Assembly: GCA_965644495.1 (NCBI GenBank)
Contig: CBFFSA010000010.1
Coordinates: 372,001 to 436,000, forward strand
Reading direction: 5' to 3'
Length of the DNA: 64,000 nucleotides
Origin: Perkinsela sp. CCAP 1560/9
Lineage: Eukaryota > Protista > Euglenozoa: Kinetoplastea
Part shown: one piece after another, positions 11,766 through 22,559 of the stretch
How positions within the stretch are numbered: the first letter of the stretch is position 1
Layout of the letters: each line of letters begins with the position of its first letter
Program-made: the position numbers and the translations under genes
The notes under the pieces: generated by a model
What the model saw: the letters and a program-made list of their open reading frames with translations, nothing else
Databases searched by the model: none
Told to the model about the DNA's origin: nothing

Positions 11766-14700
11766 ATGTTTTGCTTACTACCAGGGAAGGGCACACACCA
11801 GGCGTCGCAGGACTCTCCTAAGAGACCACGCGACGTGTCTAACCAAAACAAAAACCTGTCCCTGAAAGGCACTCCCACAGACAGGGTTGCAAAATCTGCT
11901 ACCCGAACCGTCCAGGCTCTCATATCCCAAAAGAGCAATGAGTCCCTTACCAGCGACACAGGAGAAGCACCCCCAGCTCCATGCAAACATCCTTGTAAGG
12001 ACAAAAGCACCTGCGGACACCCCTGTTGCAAGAGGGGTGTAACGCGGCCACATATCCTGGTCACTCCTCACACAAACGAACTTCCCCCTCACCGCGTCCC
12101 CCCCACCACACAACAAACCGTTCCGGAATGCAAACACCGCTGCAAGGACAAAGCTCACTGTGAACACCCATGCTGCAAACGACACCTGGTACGCGTAGTA
12201 AAACCGGATACGTACAACAATAAGAGAAGTGACGCACCGGTGGATGCAAGAGAAGACGTAAAGGTGATCACGGCTGTGAGTGTAATGCCGGTACAACGTA
12301 GCACACCCTGTAAGCATGTCTGTAAAAACAAACAGACCTGCGGGCACCCATGTTGCAAACGTAATCTTACACCAACAACATACGAACTCACGAGCACTAC
12401 GGCGAGCGGTCAAGAATCCGGGCCCAAAGAAGCTCCAAGTACGCGACAAAGGGACGAAACGTCACCGCCATGCACCCGTGACCACGTAACACAGGATGTG
12501 AAAGTACCGAAATCAAGCAACCTACTTGGCATGGCAGCGCGAGCTGCAACACGATATCTGTTTTCAAGCCGCACTCAACCGTACGCTAACGGCACTCCCT
12601 CAACCCCGGCGGTAACCGTACGACCTCACAGCAGCACCGGACAGGAACGCTTGTCGTACACAATAGCACCCTGTCCAAAAGACGAACACGATTTACATGT
12701 ACCCCCACCCAAGGAGGTTGCTCCCCATCAAAAATCACCCACTGTTACCGTCGGTCGTGCCGTCGCATCAACTGCCTGCTCGCTTGCCAAATTCCTACTT
12801 TTCAAAGGCGTTCCATGTCAAACTCCGGACTCCCAAAGCCTCCCCAAACCTAAATCTCCAACACAACTTCAGGTCCACGCCTTAACTAGAGTATGCAAGC
12901 ATATCTGCAAGAGTAAAGATCAATGTAAGCACGTGTGTTGCAAGCAAGGCCTAGGCCCCGCCTCCGAACAAGCAGACCGTGTCGAGCCCTGTAAGCATAA
13001 ATGTAAGAACAAGGCAGGGTGCGGCCATCCTTGCTGCAAACGCACTGGCACACCGTTGACTTCGCTTGACACACCGATAAGCAAACTGGATGGGCAGGAT
13101 ACTCTACCCACCGGCCCATGTACCCTTCCCAAGAATCTCGTCACACCGTCCCTAAACACAACCACTACGACAGCTGACCGTGCCGTTGCCAGGGAACCAG
13201 CCATCCCGACTCCCAAAAACAAGGCACCGGAAAGTATCATTCTCTTGGACTCATCTTCCCCAGCACACCAACACAGTCCGCGGAATGAGAATGGCGATGA
13301 CGAAGTCCCATCCTGGGTTTTCCAACAAGCGCACAGCGTAGGTCGAATACAAAGCCCGCCGCTTGAACAAGGAAGCCTCTTACCCCCATCACAACTGGAC
13401 GCCCATTTACATTCGGATGAATCCGAGGGTCCCCAGATTCCCACACAAACTCCCGACAGCCCGTCACAGTATCTCCCGCCGCCCCAGGACCCCACGCATC
13501 CCGTAACCCATAACCGACACAAGCAACGTTTCCACTTTATCCAGTCCCGGTCAAAACCTGTCAAACTCCGCCTCGTCAACGACAACACATGGAGATATTT
13601 CCCGGATGTGCATGCAGCATGCGTAAGCCAACTTGTGCGTAGTCGTATCCCTTCCCCCCAGGGGGCTGAAGCCGCCCTGTCCAAAGCGCTCAATGGGAAA
13701 AGTGCAGCACACGACATCGTCGTAGAAACGTGTACCGTAGACGAACTTATGGAAAAGAGAGCGTGTGACTTTTTAGAAGTTAGTAGAGTAGACTCAACAA
13801 GTCACATTTCTCGCCACGCGAACTGGGTATCTCTTTTTCACGACAGCCGCCTGGAATTATACAACCACTACGCATCACCTAGCTCAATGGGTAAAGCGGT
13901 AAATAAGGTACTGAACGGGAGAGCGGTCCCTGGGTTATCGGCGTTTCGGATCGTTCTGCTCCTTCGCACCGACGACAAAGAAGAAGTACAGCCATCAAAG
14001 CCCCAAATGGTCCCAACACTTCCACCATACGAGATTATTTCGCGTGACCACGCCTCCTCCTTGAAGCGGACGCACCCATGCCAACATCGATGCATAAGTA
14101 AACTCAAATGCAGCCATCCATGCTGCAAAATCTATGGACCATCCCTCGATCAGGGAATCGAAGGAGACTCTGAGGGGAGCCCCAACGCAGGACAAGAGCA
14201 AGAACACCCCGAACTTAACCCCCCCACTTCCGCTTCCTCTCCGAGACCACTCGACGAGACGGAGTACCTTTTCCGCACGGCACGATACATCCAGGGGGGC
14301 AAGTTAAACATAAACTTGGCCGATGCGCACTGGCACGAGGTGGAACGTAGGGCCCTCCACAGATGCAACACCTTGCTCACTGTCTCTGGCGACGCACTCT
14401 CCGCCGTCCATAACGCAGAACTACTGAGTGCAATACTAGCGGTGTCGGCATATGAAGTGGCGCGAGACGTCGACTCCAGGAAGGGTTTCATTATCCGAAC
14501 GGCTCGAGGACACATAAAGGGGAAAGTCCGTCCATTAGAAAGCGAAAAAGTTGCCTTTTCCTTCTCTCGACATGTAAAACAACTACAAATGAAGCTGCGA
14601 TACACACACGGCAAGGCTCCCCGCATGGCGTTGAAACAAAAGATTAAGGAAACCAAAAAGGCGGAACGTATATACAGCGCAGAAGCCATGGCCCAAAAAC

Positions 14701-17216
14701 AGGAACTGGAAAGTCGCTGGGCACTTCAACAATTCAACCGCAATCCATGGACGGCTGCGAGTCAAACCTTGGACAAAAGGACAGAAGCAGAAAGTGTACC
14801 GGCCTATCCGACTTGCAATGTACAGAAAGTGGAAAGTGTGTTCACAACATTACTTACGGACCCCACTACAGTGCATCACTTACCACCCCACGACGTCCTC
14901 GGAAACCGTCCTCTGGCAGAAATGACCTGGGACGAACTGGCTTCAATCGACATTTCGAACGCTCTCACATCAAAGAAAAACAGCAGTGCTCCAGGCCAGG
15001 ACTCCATTACGTACCAGACTCTAAAGCGATGCCACAGCTCCCACACGCACATGGCAAACGTCTTCAACGCGCTAGTGCGCTTCAGCACATGTCCGACGTC
15101 ATGGAAAATATCCGTCACTCGCCTCATTTACAAAAAAGGGGAGCCTGACAACCCACAAAACTGGCGTCCCATCGGCCTGACTAGCGTACTAGGGAAACTC
15201 CTGCATTCCATCATCAGCCGGAAAATGACGAAATTCCTACTTGAAGCCTCTGTCATTGACCCCAAGATACAGAAAGGCTTTCTCCCCGCCATTAACGGTA
15301 CTCTCGAACATACGCAATCCCTCTCAGAGCTCCTACGCCACTACCGGAAGAACAAGTGGAACTACTGCATGGCCCAGCTAGACCTCAGTAACGCCTTTGG
15401 TTCAGTCCCCCGCAACATCATCTTTGAAGCACTGGAATGGGCGAGAATCTCCCCAAACATTATTAAATACGTCCAATGCTTATACACTGACGCAAGTACC
15501 CGCATTAAATGTTACGAAGGTCTGTCCAGCGCGATCCCAGCTAAACGAGGTGTCTTACAAGGTGACACTCTCTCTCCTACGCTCTTTCTGGTGATTATGG
15601 AGCTAGCCCTACGTTACATGGCAAAATCATTTCCCTCATTTGGATTGAACCTCCCTGGATTTCCAAAAAGCTTCCTAAAAGCGTACGCCGACGATCTCAC
15701 GGTCCTGACGAATAGTGAAAAAGAAATGCAACTGGCTGTTGAAACACTATCCACGGTACTGGGTTCGCTTGGCCTTTCCATCAACGTCAAAAAGTGCAGA
15801 GTCCAATGCATGGCGTCCAAGAAAAATGATGAACACCCCGGCTACATGACACGACGTCCTCAAATTTTCATCAAGAACGAAGCTATACCGCATATATGCG
15901 ACGAAGGAAGTACGTTTCTTGGCATGAATATTGCCCCCGGTTCTCAACAATCCCGAGCCCTTTTCACGAAAGTTAGGCCCTTATTGAAGCGATGGCTTCA
16001 TAACATTGACCAGTCGGCCCACGACCTCCCATCAAAAATTTGGATACATCAACACGCAATCATCTCTCGGCTACGCTTCACCTTTACTATACACCCATGT
16101 ATCACTCTAAACTTTATTTTACGCCTTCAGAAAATGTGTACTCACTCCCTGAAACGGTGGATCAATGCGGCTAGAACTACATGCAGCGAAGCAATCTACT
16201 CTCAGCGTGGATGGAACATCTGCAGCTTGTCCAGACTCTGGGAGGACTGTACAGCTGATCTTCTCTGTCAAATGAAGCGGTCCCGAGACCCGAACGTTAC
16301 CGCCGCACTGCAGGAAAGAATACGGGCTGAAGAACATAAGCGCAGGAAAGGCCAAATTCGACCAGCATGTGACATCACACACATACTGGACGATCGCGAT
16401 CTCGCAAAACGAACTCTTCTTGAGCTTAATGAGGACCGAATGATCAACGCACTACGCCGCAGGTCAACGTTCGCTATTCAGTGGTGGGATATAGCCTCCG
16501 AGGAAGAACAGGCGAAAGATTTCAGCGCCGCGATAAACGGATTACGTAGCACTTCCCTTAGCCGCTTCGCAACTTCTTTAATGGTACAAAACACTCTCCC
16601 TACTAGGACAATGCTGAGGACATGGGGAATTCACGGCACAGATACAGTACAATGCCGAATTTGTAAACAAGAACCGGAAACATTACGACACCTCTTATCC
16701 TCGTGCAAGGTATCACTAGAACAGGGACGTTACACATATCGCCACGATTGTGTACTCTCCACCTTTGCAAACGCGATACTCTCTTCCCCCCATACCGCAG
16801 AGGCACATTTTGATCTCCCACACCTACGTCAACTACCCGCATGGTGGTCCGACCTGGAAACACAGCTTCGCCCAGATGGAATCGTCAAACTCAACGACGG
16901 AACTGAATTTATCGTTGAGTTGACGATGCCCTGGGAGGAAAACGTACACGAAGCCCACTGCCGAAAAGTAGAAAAGTACATAAATATTCTACACCGACGA
17001 AAGATAAGGTACTCAGACTGCCACTTGATATGCTTTGAAGTTGGAGCTAGAGGTCTCCCTTCTACGACGCTGCGTCACATCAACCGTCTCTTTTTGGGTG
17101 ACAAGGCACTCTCAGATAAGTGCCGTGTCGAAGTCATCCGAACGGCGATCCGGAGCAGCTTTCAACTCTGGCTGAAAAGGGAATCCCCTTTATGGGACAA
17201 CCAAAGCTTTGGTTAG
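11766..17216 (+). CDS. Retrotransposon polyprotein, 1816 aa: 6 Cys/His motifs, RT, CCHC knuckle, restriction-like endonuclease
   Basis: APGQDSI, NWRPIGL, QKGF, LDLSNAFGSV, GVLQGDTLSP, AYADD; CRIC...HLLSSC, GRYTYRHDCVL, RPDG, ELTMPWE, KVEKY, EVGARG. Confidence 0.97.
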   Translation: MFCLLPGKGTHQASQDSPKRPRDVSNQNKNLSLKGTPTDRVAKSATRTVQALISQKSNESLTSDTGEAPPAPCKHPCKDKSTCGHPCCKRGVTRPHILVTPHTNELPPHRVPPTTQQTVPECKHRCKDKAHCEHPCCKRHLVRVVKPDTYNNKRSDAPVDAREDVKVITAVSVMPVQRSTPCKHVCKNKQTCGHPCCKRNLTPTTYELTSTTASGQESGPKEAPSTRQRDETSPPCTRDHVTQDVKVPKSSNLLGMAARAATRYLFSSRTQPYANGTPSTPAVTVRPHSSTGQERLSYTIAPCPKDEHDLHVPPPKEVAPHQKSPTVTVGRAVASTACSLAKFLLFKGVPCQTPDSQSLPKPKSPTQLQVHALTRVCKHICKSKDQCKHVCCKQGLGPASEQADRVEPCKHKCKNKAGCGHPCCKRTGTPLTSLDTPISKLDGQDTLPTGPCTLPKNLVTPSLNTTTTTADRAVAREPAIPTPKNKAPESIILLDSSSPAHQHSPRNENGDDEVPSWVFQQAHSVGRIQSPPLEQGSLLPPSQLDAHLHSDESEGPQIPTQTPDSPSQYLPPPQDPTHPVTHNRHKQRFHFIQSRSKPVKLRLVNDNTWRYFPDVHAACVSQLVRSRIPSPQGAEAALSKALNGKSAAHDIVVETCTVDELMEKRACDFLEVSRVDSTSHISRHANWVSLFHDSRLELYNHYASPSSMGKAVNKVLNGRAVPGLSAFRIVLLLRTDDKEEVQPSKPQMVPTLPPYEIISRDHASSLKRTHPCQHRCISKLKCSHPCCKIYGPSLDQGIEGDSEGSPNAGQEQEHPELNPPTSASSPRPLDETEYLFRTARYIQGGKLNINLADAHWHEVERRALHRCNTLLTVSGDALSAVHNAELLSAILAVSAYEVARDVDSRKGFIIRTARGHIKGKVRPLESEKVAFSFSRHVKQLQMKLRYTHGKAPRMALKQKIKETKKAERIYSAEAMAQKQELESRWALQQFNRNPWTAASQTLDKRTEAESVPAYPTCNVQKVESVFTTLLTDPTTVHHLPPHDVLGNRPLAEMTWDELASIDISNALTSKKNSSAPGQDSITYQTLKRCHSSHTHMANVFNALVRFSTCPTSWKISVTRLIYKKGEPDNPQNWRPIGLTSVLGKLLHSIISRKMTKFLLEASVIDPKIQKGFLPAINGTLEHTQSLSELLRHYRKNKWNYCMAQLDLSNAFGSVPRNIIFEALEWARISPNIIKYVQCLYTDASTRIKCYEGLSSAIPAKRGVLQGDTLSPTLFLVIMELALRYMAKSFPSFGLNLPGFPKSFLKAYADDLTVLTNSEKEMQLAVETLSTVLGSLGLSINVKKCRVQCMASKKNDEHPGYMTRRPQIFIKNEAIPHICDEGSTFLGMNIAPGSQQSRALFTKVRPLLKRWLHNIDQSAHDLPSKIWIHQHAIISRLRFTFTIHPCITLNFILRLQKMCTHSLKRWINAARTTCSEAIYSQRGWNICSLSRLWEDCTADLLCQMKRSRDPNVTAALQERIRAEEHKRRKGQIRPACDITHILDDRDLAKRTLLELNEDRMINALRRRSTFAIQWWDIASEEEQAKDFSAAINGLRSTSLSRFATSLMVQNTLPTRTMLRTWGIHGTDTVQCRICKQEPETLRHLLSSCKVSLEQGRYTYRHDCVLSTFANAILSSPHTAEAHFDLPHLRQLPAWWSDLETQLRPDGIVKLNDGTEFIVELTMPWEENVHEAHCRKVEKYINILHRRKIRYSDCHLICFEVGARGLPSTTLRHINRLFLGDKALSDKCRVEVIRTAIRSSFQLWLKRESPLWDNQSFG

Positions 17217-17301
17217 CAAATGGTCTAGCAGGCGACGTCATATGCGTACGTCCTGTTAGACTTTATTACTCTACAGGTAATGCCCTGTATAGATATAAAT
17301 A

Positions 17302-17583
17302 CTGCATGAAAATCTTTTTGTTGGGAGTATAAACTTAACCTGTCTCCCGAAAGAACTTACAGTTTTGCACTTGACCGGTAATAAGTTGAATGGTGAGTTG
17401 GTTCTGCGCTCCCTTCCGCCGTTTATGCGTACACCTTCCCTTGGGAACAACGCTTTTACGGGAAAAGTAGCATTTGACGCCTTACCAGCAACAATGAAAG
17501 ATTTGAATTTGAAAGGAAATATCTGCGATTTGGAAGTGCAGTCTTGGCCAATTCCAGAATGTGTTACAATTACTGTATTGTAG
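17302..17583 (+). pseudogene. LRR gene 3' part downstream of LINE
   Basis: Near-identical to 1232-1513. Confidence 0.9.
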
Positions 17584-17960
17584 CGCAGTACTTTAACTTT
17601 GTATGTTTTAGAAAAAAACAAATAAGGACAAAAATTCCACATGTACACATGTAGCTATATCAATTCTTACAGTGACGAGTTACAGTTAGATAATGTAGAG
17701 AAATTGTTTGCATGCAAATTCCTCGTCAAAAGGTTGGCTCCCAGTGTTGAACATGGTTAAGCAGTACAAAAGGGTTGGTTCAGTTTTCATCTAATGTAGG
17801 GGAGTCTGGTATTTTAGAAAACGAAAACAATATTTATAGAAACTGTGCAGCATGACGCCAAAACTGTACGGGAAAGCCTTTTTACCTTTCGATTTTGGAC
17901 TTTAAAAAATCGTATAAACATTCTGAAAACTCAAAGTATCGAGGATACGCTTTCTTCAAA

Positions 17961-19095
17961 CCGTCGAGCTGGAACACGGACACCCCCGCGTGTGAGTGGG
18001 AGGGTATTGCCTGTGAGCACGGCGAGCGTGTGACGCTAATGGATTGGTCCCCCTATGGGAGAATGGTGGGACAGGGCATGCTGGGGATTCCCATGACGGG
18101 TTCCCCAGCCTGCGATTATCTCCCACGAACGCTCGAGAACTGCTATTTGTTTGAAAATAGGCTTAGTGGAGAGGTGAAATTGGATAGCCTTCCGTCCGCG
18201 CTTTGCATTTTCCAATTAGGGGCAAATGCGTTTACAGGTGGCGTGGACTTATCTAACTTACCGCAAAATATGCAAGAGCTGTGGGTCCAGGAGAATGATT
18301 TGTCGGGAGAGGTAGATTTGAGTCAATTCCCAGCGAACTTCGTATCATTAGACCTTTCGGATAACGCATTTACAGGTAATGTTAATCTAAGTAACTTGCC
18401 CTCTGTCACTTGGCTAATATGGGACGCGCTTCCACCCCTTCATCCCTTCCCGACTCACTCCCCTGGAGTGAGTGTGCTTCCCTCTCTCGGCTTTCCCTTC
18501 TCTCGCAGTTACCTTTCCGAAGAGGCCATGCGTCACGGTGGCCTCCCTTGAGGACCACTAGGCGTGTCCTCCGCCGACGAGACTCCCGGCTCTCCGCACC
18601 TGGGGGTCGCCAAGCTCTCCGCACCTCGGCTCTGTCGCAGCTCTCTGCACCCGGATTGCCCCCGAAACTGTAATATGGGGATTACGCATCCGGCTCTCTG
18701 CACCTGCACATGACAACCGAGCTCTCTGCACCTGGGACCCCAGCTCTCTGCACCCGCACACCTCCGGCGAGGGCGAACCCTCACTTGATCCACCCGTCGT
18801 ATGCGGGCACGGACTTTGTGAGCATAATCTCTGCACTATAAGTGCATGAACGAACAACTCAAACAATCAATTTTTCGGAACGCTAGATTTGCGGCATCAA
18901 CCCGCTTCGTTGGAGGTGCTGGAGTGCGAGAATAACCTTTTCAGCGGAAAAGTATTTTTCGATAAGCTCCCACCACAAATGACACGACTGTTATTCGTGG
19001 ATAATAATGAACTTGAAGGTGAAATTGACCGTTCCATACTTCCTAAGTTATTGGACGACCTCATTACGCAAGGTACAAAAGTAATTTTCAAATAA
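17961..19095 (+). pseudogene. 5'-deleted, SINE-interrupted copy of LRR gene 4106-5032
   Basis: Near-identical to 4334-5032 apart from the insertion at 18421-18858. Confidence 0.92.
18421..18858 (+). mobile_element. SINE-A, 5'-truncated copy
   Basis: Absent from the paralog (tggctaatat-ta-tcaaac) and homologous to 62610-63050 (minus). Ends ataatctctgcactataagtgcatgaacgaacaac; 2 bp of target lost. Confidence 0.92.
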
Positions 19096-19405
19096 TAATA
19101 TTAAGCTAAGTTGCCTTCCACACAAACGAAAAAGTGTACTCAATTATTACTGTGATGTCCCCGTTATACTATACGACCCCCCTTTATACGTCGATTACAC
19201 GTTTTTTAAATGATACCAAAAGCACTTATAATTGTCAATCTCCACATACATACTATTACCCCTATCCTGACTTATTCGAGTGATGGCTCCCGTTTCGCGA
19301 GGTGCTATACCTAAAATTGTGCATAGATGTCTAATGTAGCCACATAGTCTGAAAAGGTTTCGTGTTGTTCGCGGTAGGCTCATTTTGGAGATGTTTAATC
19401 ACTTA

Positions 19406-20950
19406 CTGTGCCCCCCCCCTTTATTATGGAGACTTTTTCGGCTTTTGTCCATAATAAAGGGGGGAGTGATGAAAGGGGTGTAAAACAAAATTTGGCGCCG
19501 CTTCGTTTACTCATAATACGGCAAAAAATCTAAATTGTAAAATTCATGTCCAGGAGCGAGGGCGGGGAGAGCAGAAAAAGAGGGCGGGAGAGGAGGGCGT
19601 CGATGAAGGGTGAAGGGGCACTTCTTCATAAGGCTGAAGGGCACATGGAGGATATGCATTATTGATGTACACTATAATTAGGAATAGAAAATTAACATTC
19701 AGCTCTATATTCCGTGTAGCTATAAAGGTTCCATTCAGTTAAATTGTAGATGTTCTAACGTAAAAATCGAGCCCAAACTTCTTACTCATACAAAGTTTCA
19801 CACAAATGAACTAAAGATGGAAAGAAAGAAATTACGTTCACGAAGGGAAAAAACAAGACCAACGTTAAGAGCTCACGGGAAAAAATCCACGTAAACTTAT
19901 CATAACAAGATAAAACAACAGTCCTTTTACAATTCGAAAGTATCAGCGTACGCTACTGACTGATCCCACCCCTCTGCGTCCATGTCCCCGCGGTCATTGT
20001 CTGGATGAAGCATTAGTTGCCCTAAACAATCTTGACTGTCAATTATTTGCTCATCGTGAAGCTCTTCAGTGAGGGCAGGACGATGAGACAGAGTACCGGG
20101 AACGCATGGTCGCCATGTTTTTGAGATATTTTTGCGTGTGAGCTTGTTCTCCACGGGAACCAAAAAAAGCAAGTTACACAGATTGCTTACCAAGTGGAGC
20201 CCGCATTAGCTCCATAGTACTGTCTGAACTTCGCATAAGTGTCTTCCAAAACACTAATTAAAGTCAATCCCGTATTTTGTCGGATCATGTCGATGACGAT
20301 ATTTCTGGTGAGGGGACACCATAACGAGGAGGCTTGAACGCAGGAGCGGTGTACCCGTTCCATTGCCTCAGACTTATTGTAGCAGACTGCTGCGGGATCA
20401 TTGTAGTCGCCTCCTCGAACGTTAAAAGCACGATTCCTGTGGTACGATTGATCGTATGGAACGATCAATGAGTTTCTGAAAGTAGCTGATACCGTGGCTA
20501 CGGATTTCATATATTCCGCTTCGCGAAATTCCGTATTTTTCTCGGATTCTTTTTACCGAGAGAAAATCCAAAAAAAGCATTTTTTTTCGCGCTTCTCGTA
20601 TATTAAGCTCAATTCGTCCCCTTTTCTCCTTTACGTGGATATCTAAAGAAGCGTGGGCATTGCGCTCATTGGTAATCAATATTGTTGGATCACCTACCTG
20701 TGGCTTTGGGGGTGTTGCCTTAATCTAAGGGGTTAAGGGTCCTTCCACGGTTTTCATTAGGTTGAAAAATGTCTGAATTATACATGACAAACTATGTGAA
20801 AGCTGAGAAAATTACATAGCTACAGATACCCAAAAAAACAGAAAAATGGATGCGACAAAAAAAAATGCCGCTCCGCGGCGCCCGGTCGGATTTGTCCATA
20901 ATAAAGGGGGGGATACCCCCTGTCAATATTAAGGAGGGGGGAGGTCACAG
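19406..20950 (-). mobile_element. Decayed TA-flanked DNA transposon
   Basis: ta|ctgtgcccccccc ... ggggggaggtcacag|ta termini with subterminal ccataataaagggggg repeats. Minus-strand HTH-like LSVKRIREKYGISRSGIYEIR (20422-20679). Confidence 0.65.
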
Positions 20951-21644
20951 TACGCGTAACCTCTGGATCTGCAAGCCACGAGATTTCTCCCTGTTTCTGG
21001 ACTAGGTTTATTCCGCAGTAAACAAAGTTGCACGTTGCGGTCTCTAATGTCATATATTTCAACTGAACATTCAAGATACAACAATCCCTAATGTATAACA
21101 ATCCCTAATGATTCTTTTTCCCATTTTCCTAGCAATAAATCTTTTCCACGTTGCGTTCCTAAAATCAGATGTTGAAAAGGATCAATGTGTTAGGTAGGAA
21201 TGGGTGCCTGTTAAGGAGGTTCAGGGCCTCTTTGGTAAAAGCAGTGTTTTGAAGCCCCGCGTGAGAGGTCTTTATTCCACCTAAAGGGGGGGCTCGTTTA
21301 TTGTTAAAAATAAATTATTTTCGGTTTTTTCGTGTGACTTTTGAATTTTCTTGTTCCCTATGATCATGTTTTATAGCGTTCATGATCCCCGTTATCTGTC
21401 CCCCATTATCTTCCTTTATTTATCTCCTTTCCGTTCAGTTATCTTACAATATAAATAAAATCCATGATAAAGAAAATGATGCGCTTAACCTTTCATTCAT
21501 TAGCGGGTCTTGCTGCTGAACTTTCTCATAGTTTACTTTTACGTTGCTTGCAGAGGTGCCGATAGTAGGCCTTAAGTGCGAAGCCAAGCTTTCCAAGTAG
21601 TCCTGGTTATCAATTGTTGATGTCAGTTCGAATAAACTTACCCG

Positions 21645-21810
21645 ACTTTTGTTTGGCAAGCTTCCGGAGACAATGAAGGAAATATTTTTTACGAATAACA
21701 AGGAGCTTGTCGGCGACTTTGATGTCGCAGAATGGAATAAATTGAATTGGAATTCTCGACATAGTTGTACGCAGATATCACTCGTATGTAAGTACGAGCA
21801 AGAAGCATGA
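21645..21810 (+). pseudogene. LRR C-terminal fragment
   Basis: LFGKLPETMKEIFFTNNKELVGDFD resembles FFDKLPPQMTRLFFVDNNELEGEIN of 4106-5032. Confidence 0.55.
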
Positions 21811-21964
21811 TTGGTGATTATGTATGATACGAAACATGTAGGTACATGTATGGAGATAGGTCTTGTACGATAGATACTCGATAAGCTGGTCCTCCTTGAC
21901 TTATATTTGCAATCTTTTAAAGATACGCACTTAAGGTATGCATTTAAAGATCAGGGCGTGTGTT

Positions 21965-22285
21965 TATCTATCTATTTGTCATACACTTAAAGTGAAGAGA
22001 TCGTTTATAAATAGATCCAGGAAAACAAATGTCCAGAACACGCGCACAGAAAGCGTGTTATCAATTTAACTTTAGGCGACCTCAGCGAACCGTGGTTCAC
22101 TGTTCCAAGTCTTTAAGTCGCGTTTTTTGAATATGATGAAGCTGCCACGCTGGGCACTTCTCATCATTTCCTTCCAACACCCAAAAACAAGATGGTTGTC
22201 TCCCATAAAAAGAGATTTGAGCGGTCGAATGGAGCTAGCGAGTTTCCCCCTAGCACCCACCTCGGAAATCAAGACAAACGTGCAT
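21965..22285 (-). mobile_element. 5'-truncated RLE-LINE 3' end
   Basis: FVLISEVGARGKLASSIRPLKSLFMGD...RGSFIIFKKRD. 3' UTR has the aacacgc..gcgtgtt hairpin and terminal atctcttca-ctttaag-tgtatga. Confidence 0.85.
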
Positions 22286-22559
22286 AGGTGTTGCAGTTTC
22301 CGTGTGTGATATAATCTGCACTCCAGATTCTGGAGTATTTCGCAACTTTGCAGTCGTGGGCATATTCTGTTAGCAATTCCTCTTCGGCAATTGCCTGACT
22401 CAGTTACTCCTGCTTGGAAATCACCAGTTCCGGTTCCATGGAGCCGTCTACCGCTTCTAATTGCTCCGTAGCATTTGTCTTCGGCGTTTCTTCTTCGGGG
22501 ATCCGATGCGTTGTGAGCCGGAGTCCGGTTGCAGTCCGTTTTTTTATTCATCTCCCGAC

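Larger units (their letters stand above)
11714..17301 (+). mobile_element. Full-length RLE-type non-LTR retrotransposon (HERO/NeSL-like), copy 1
   Basis: Single long RT+RLE ORF, short UTRs, two 3' hairpins and an A/T tail. Both junctions are defined by the empty paralog at 1152-1240. Confidence 0.95.

Noticed and set aside
11778-16863. Many minus-strand and alternate-frame ORFs over the LINE ORF and LRR genes
   Set aside because: Shadow frames of real coding sequence with no recognisable motifs.
17895-18551. 218-aa novel fusion gene
   Set aside because: Chance read-through of a deletion junction, an LRR remnant and a SINE, starting at a non-ATG codon.
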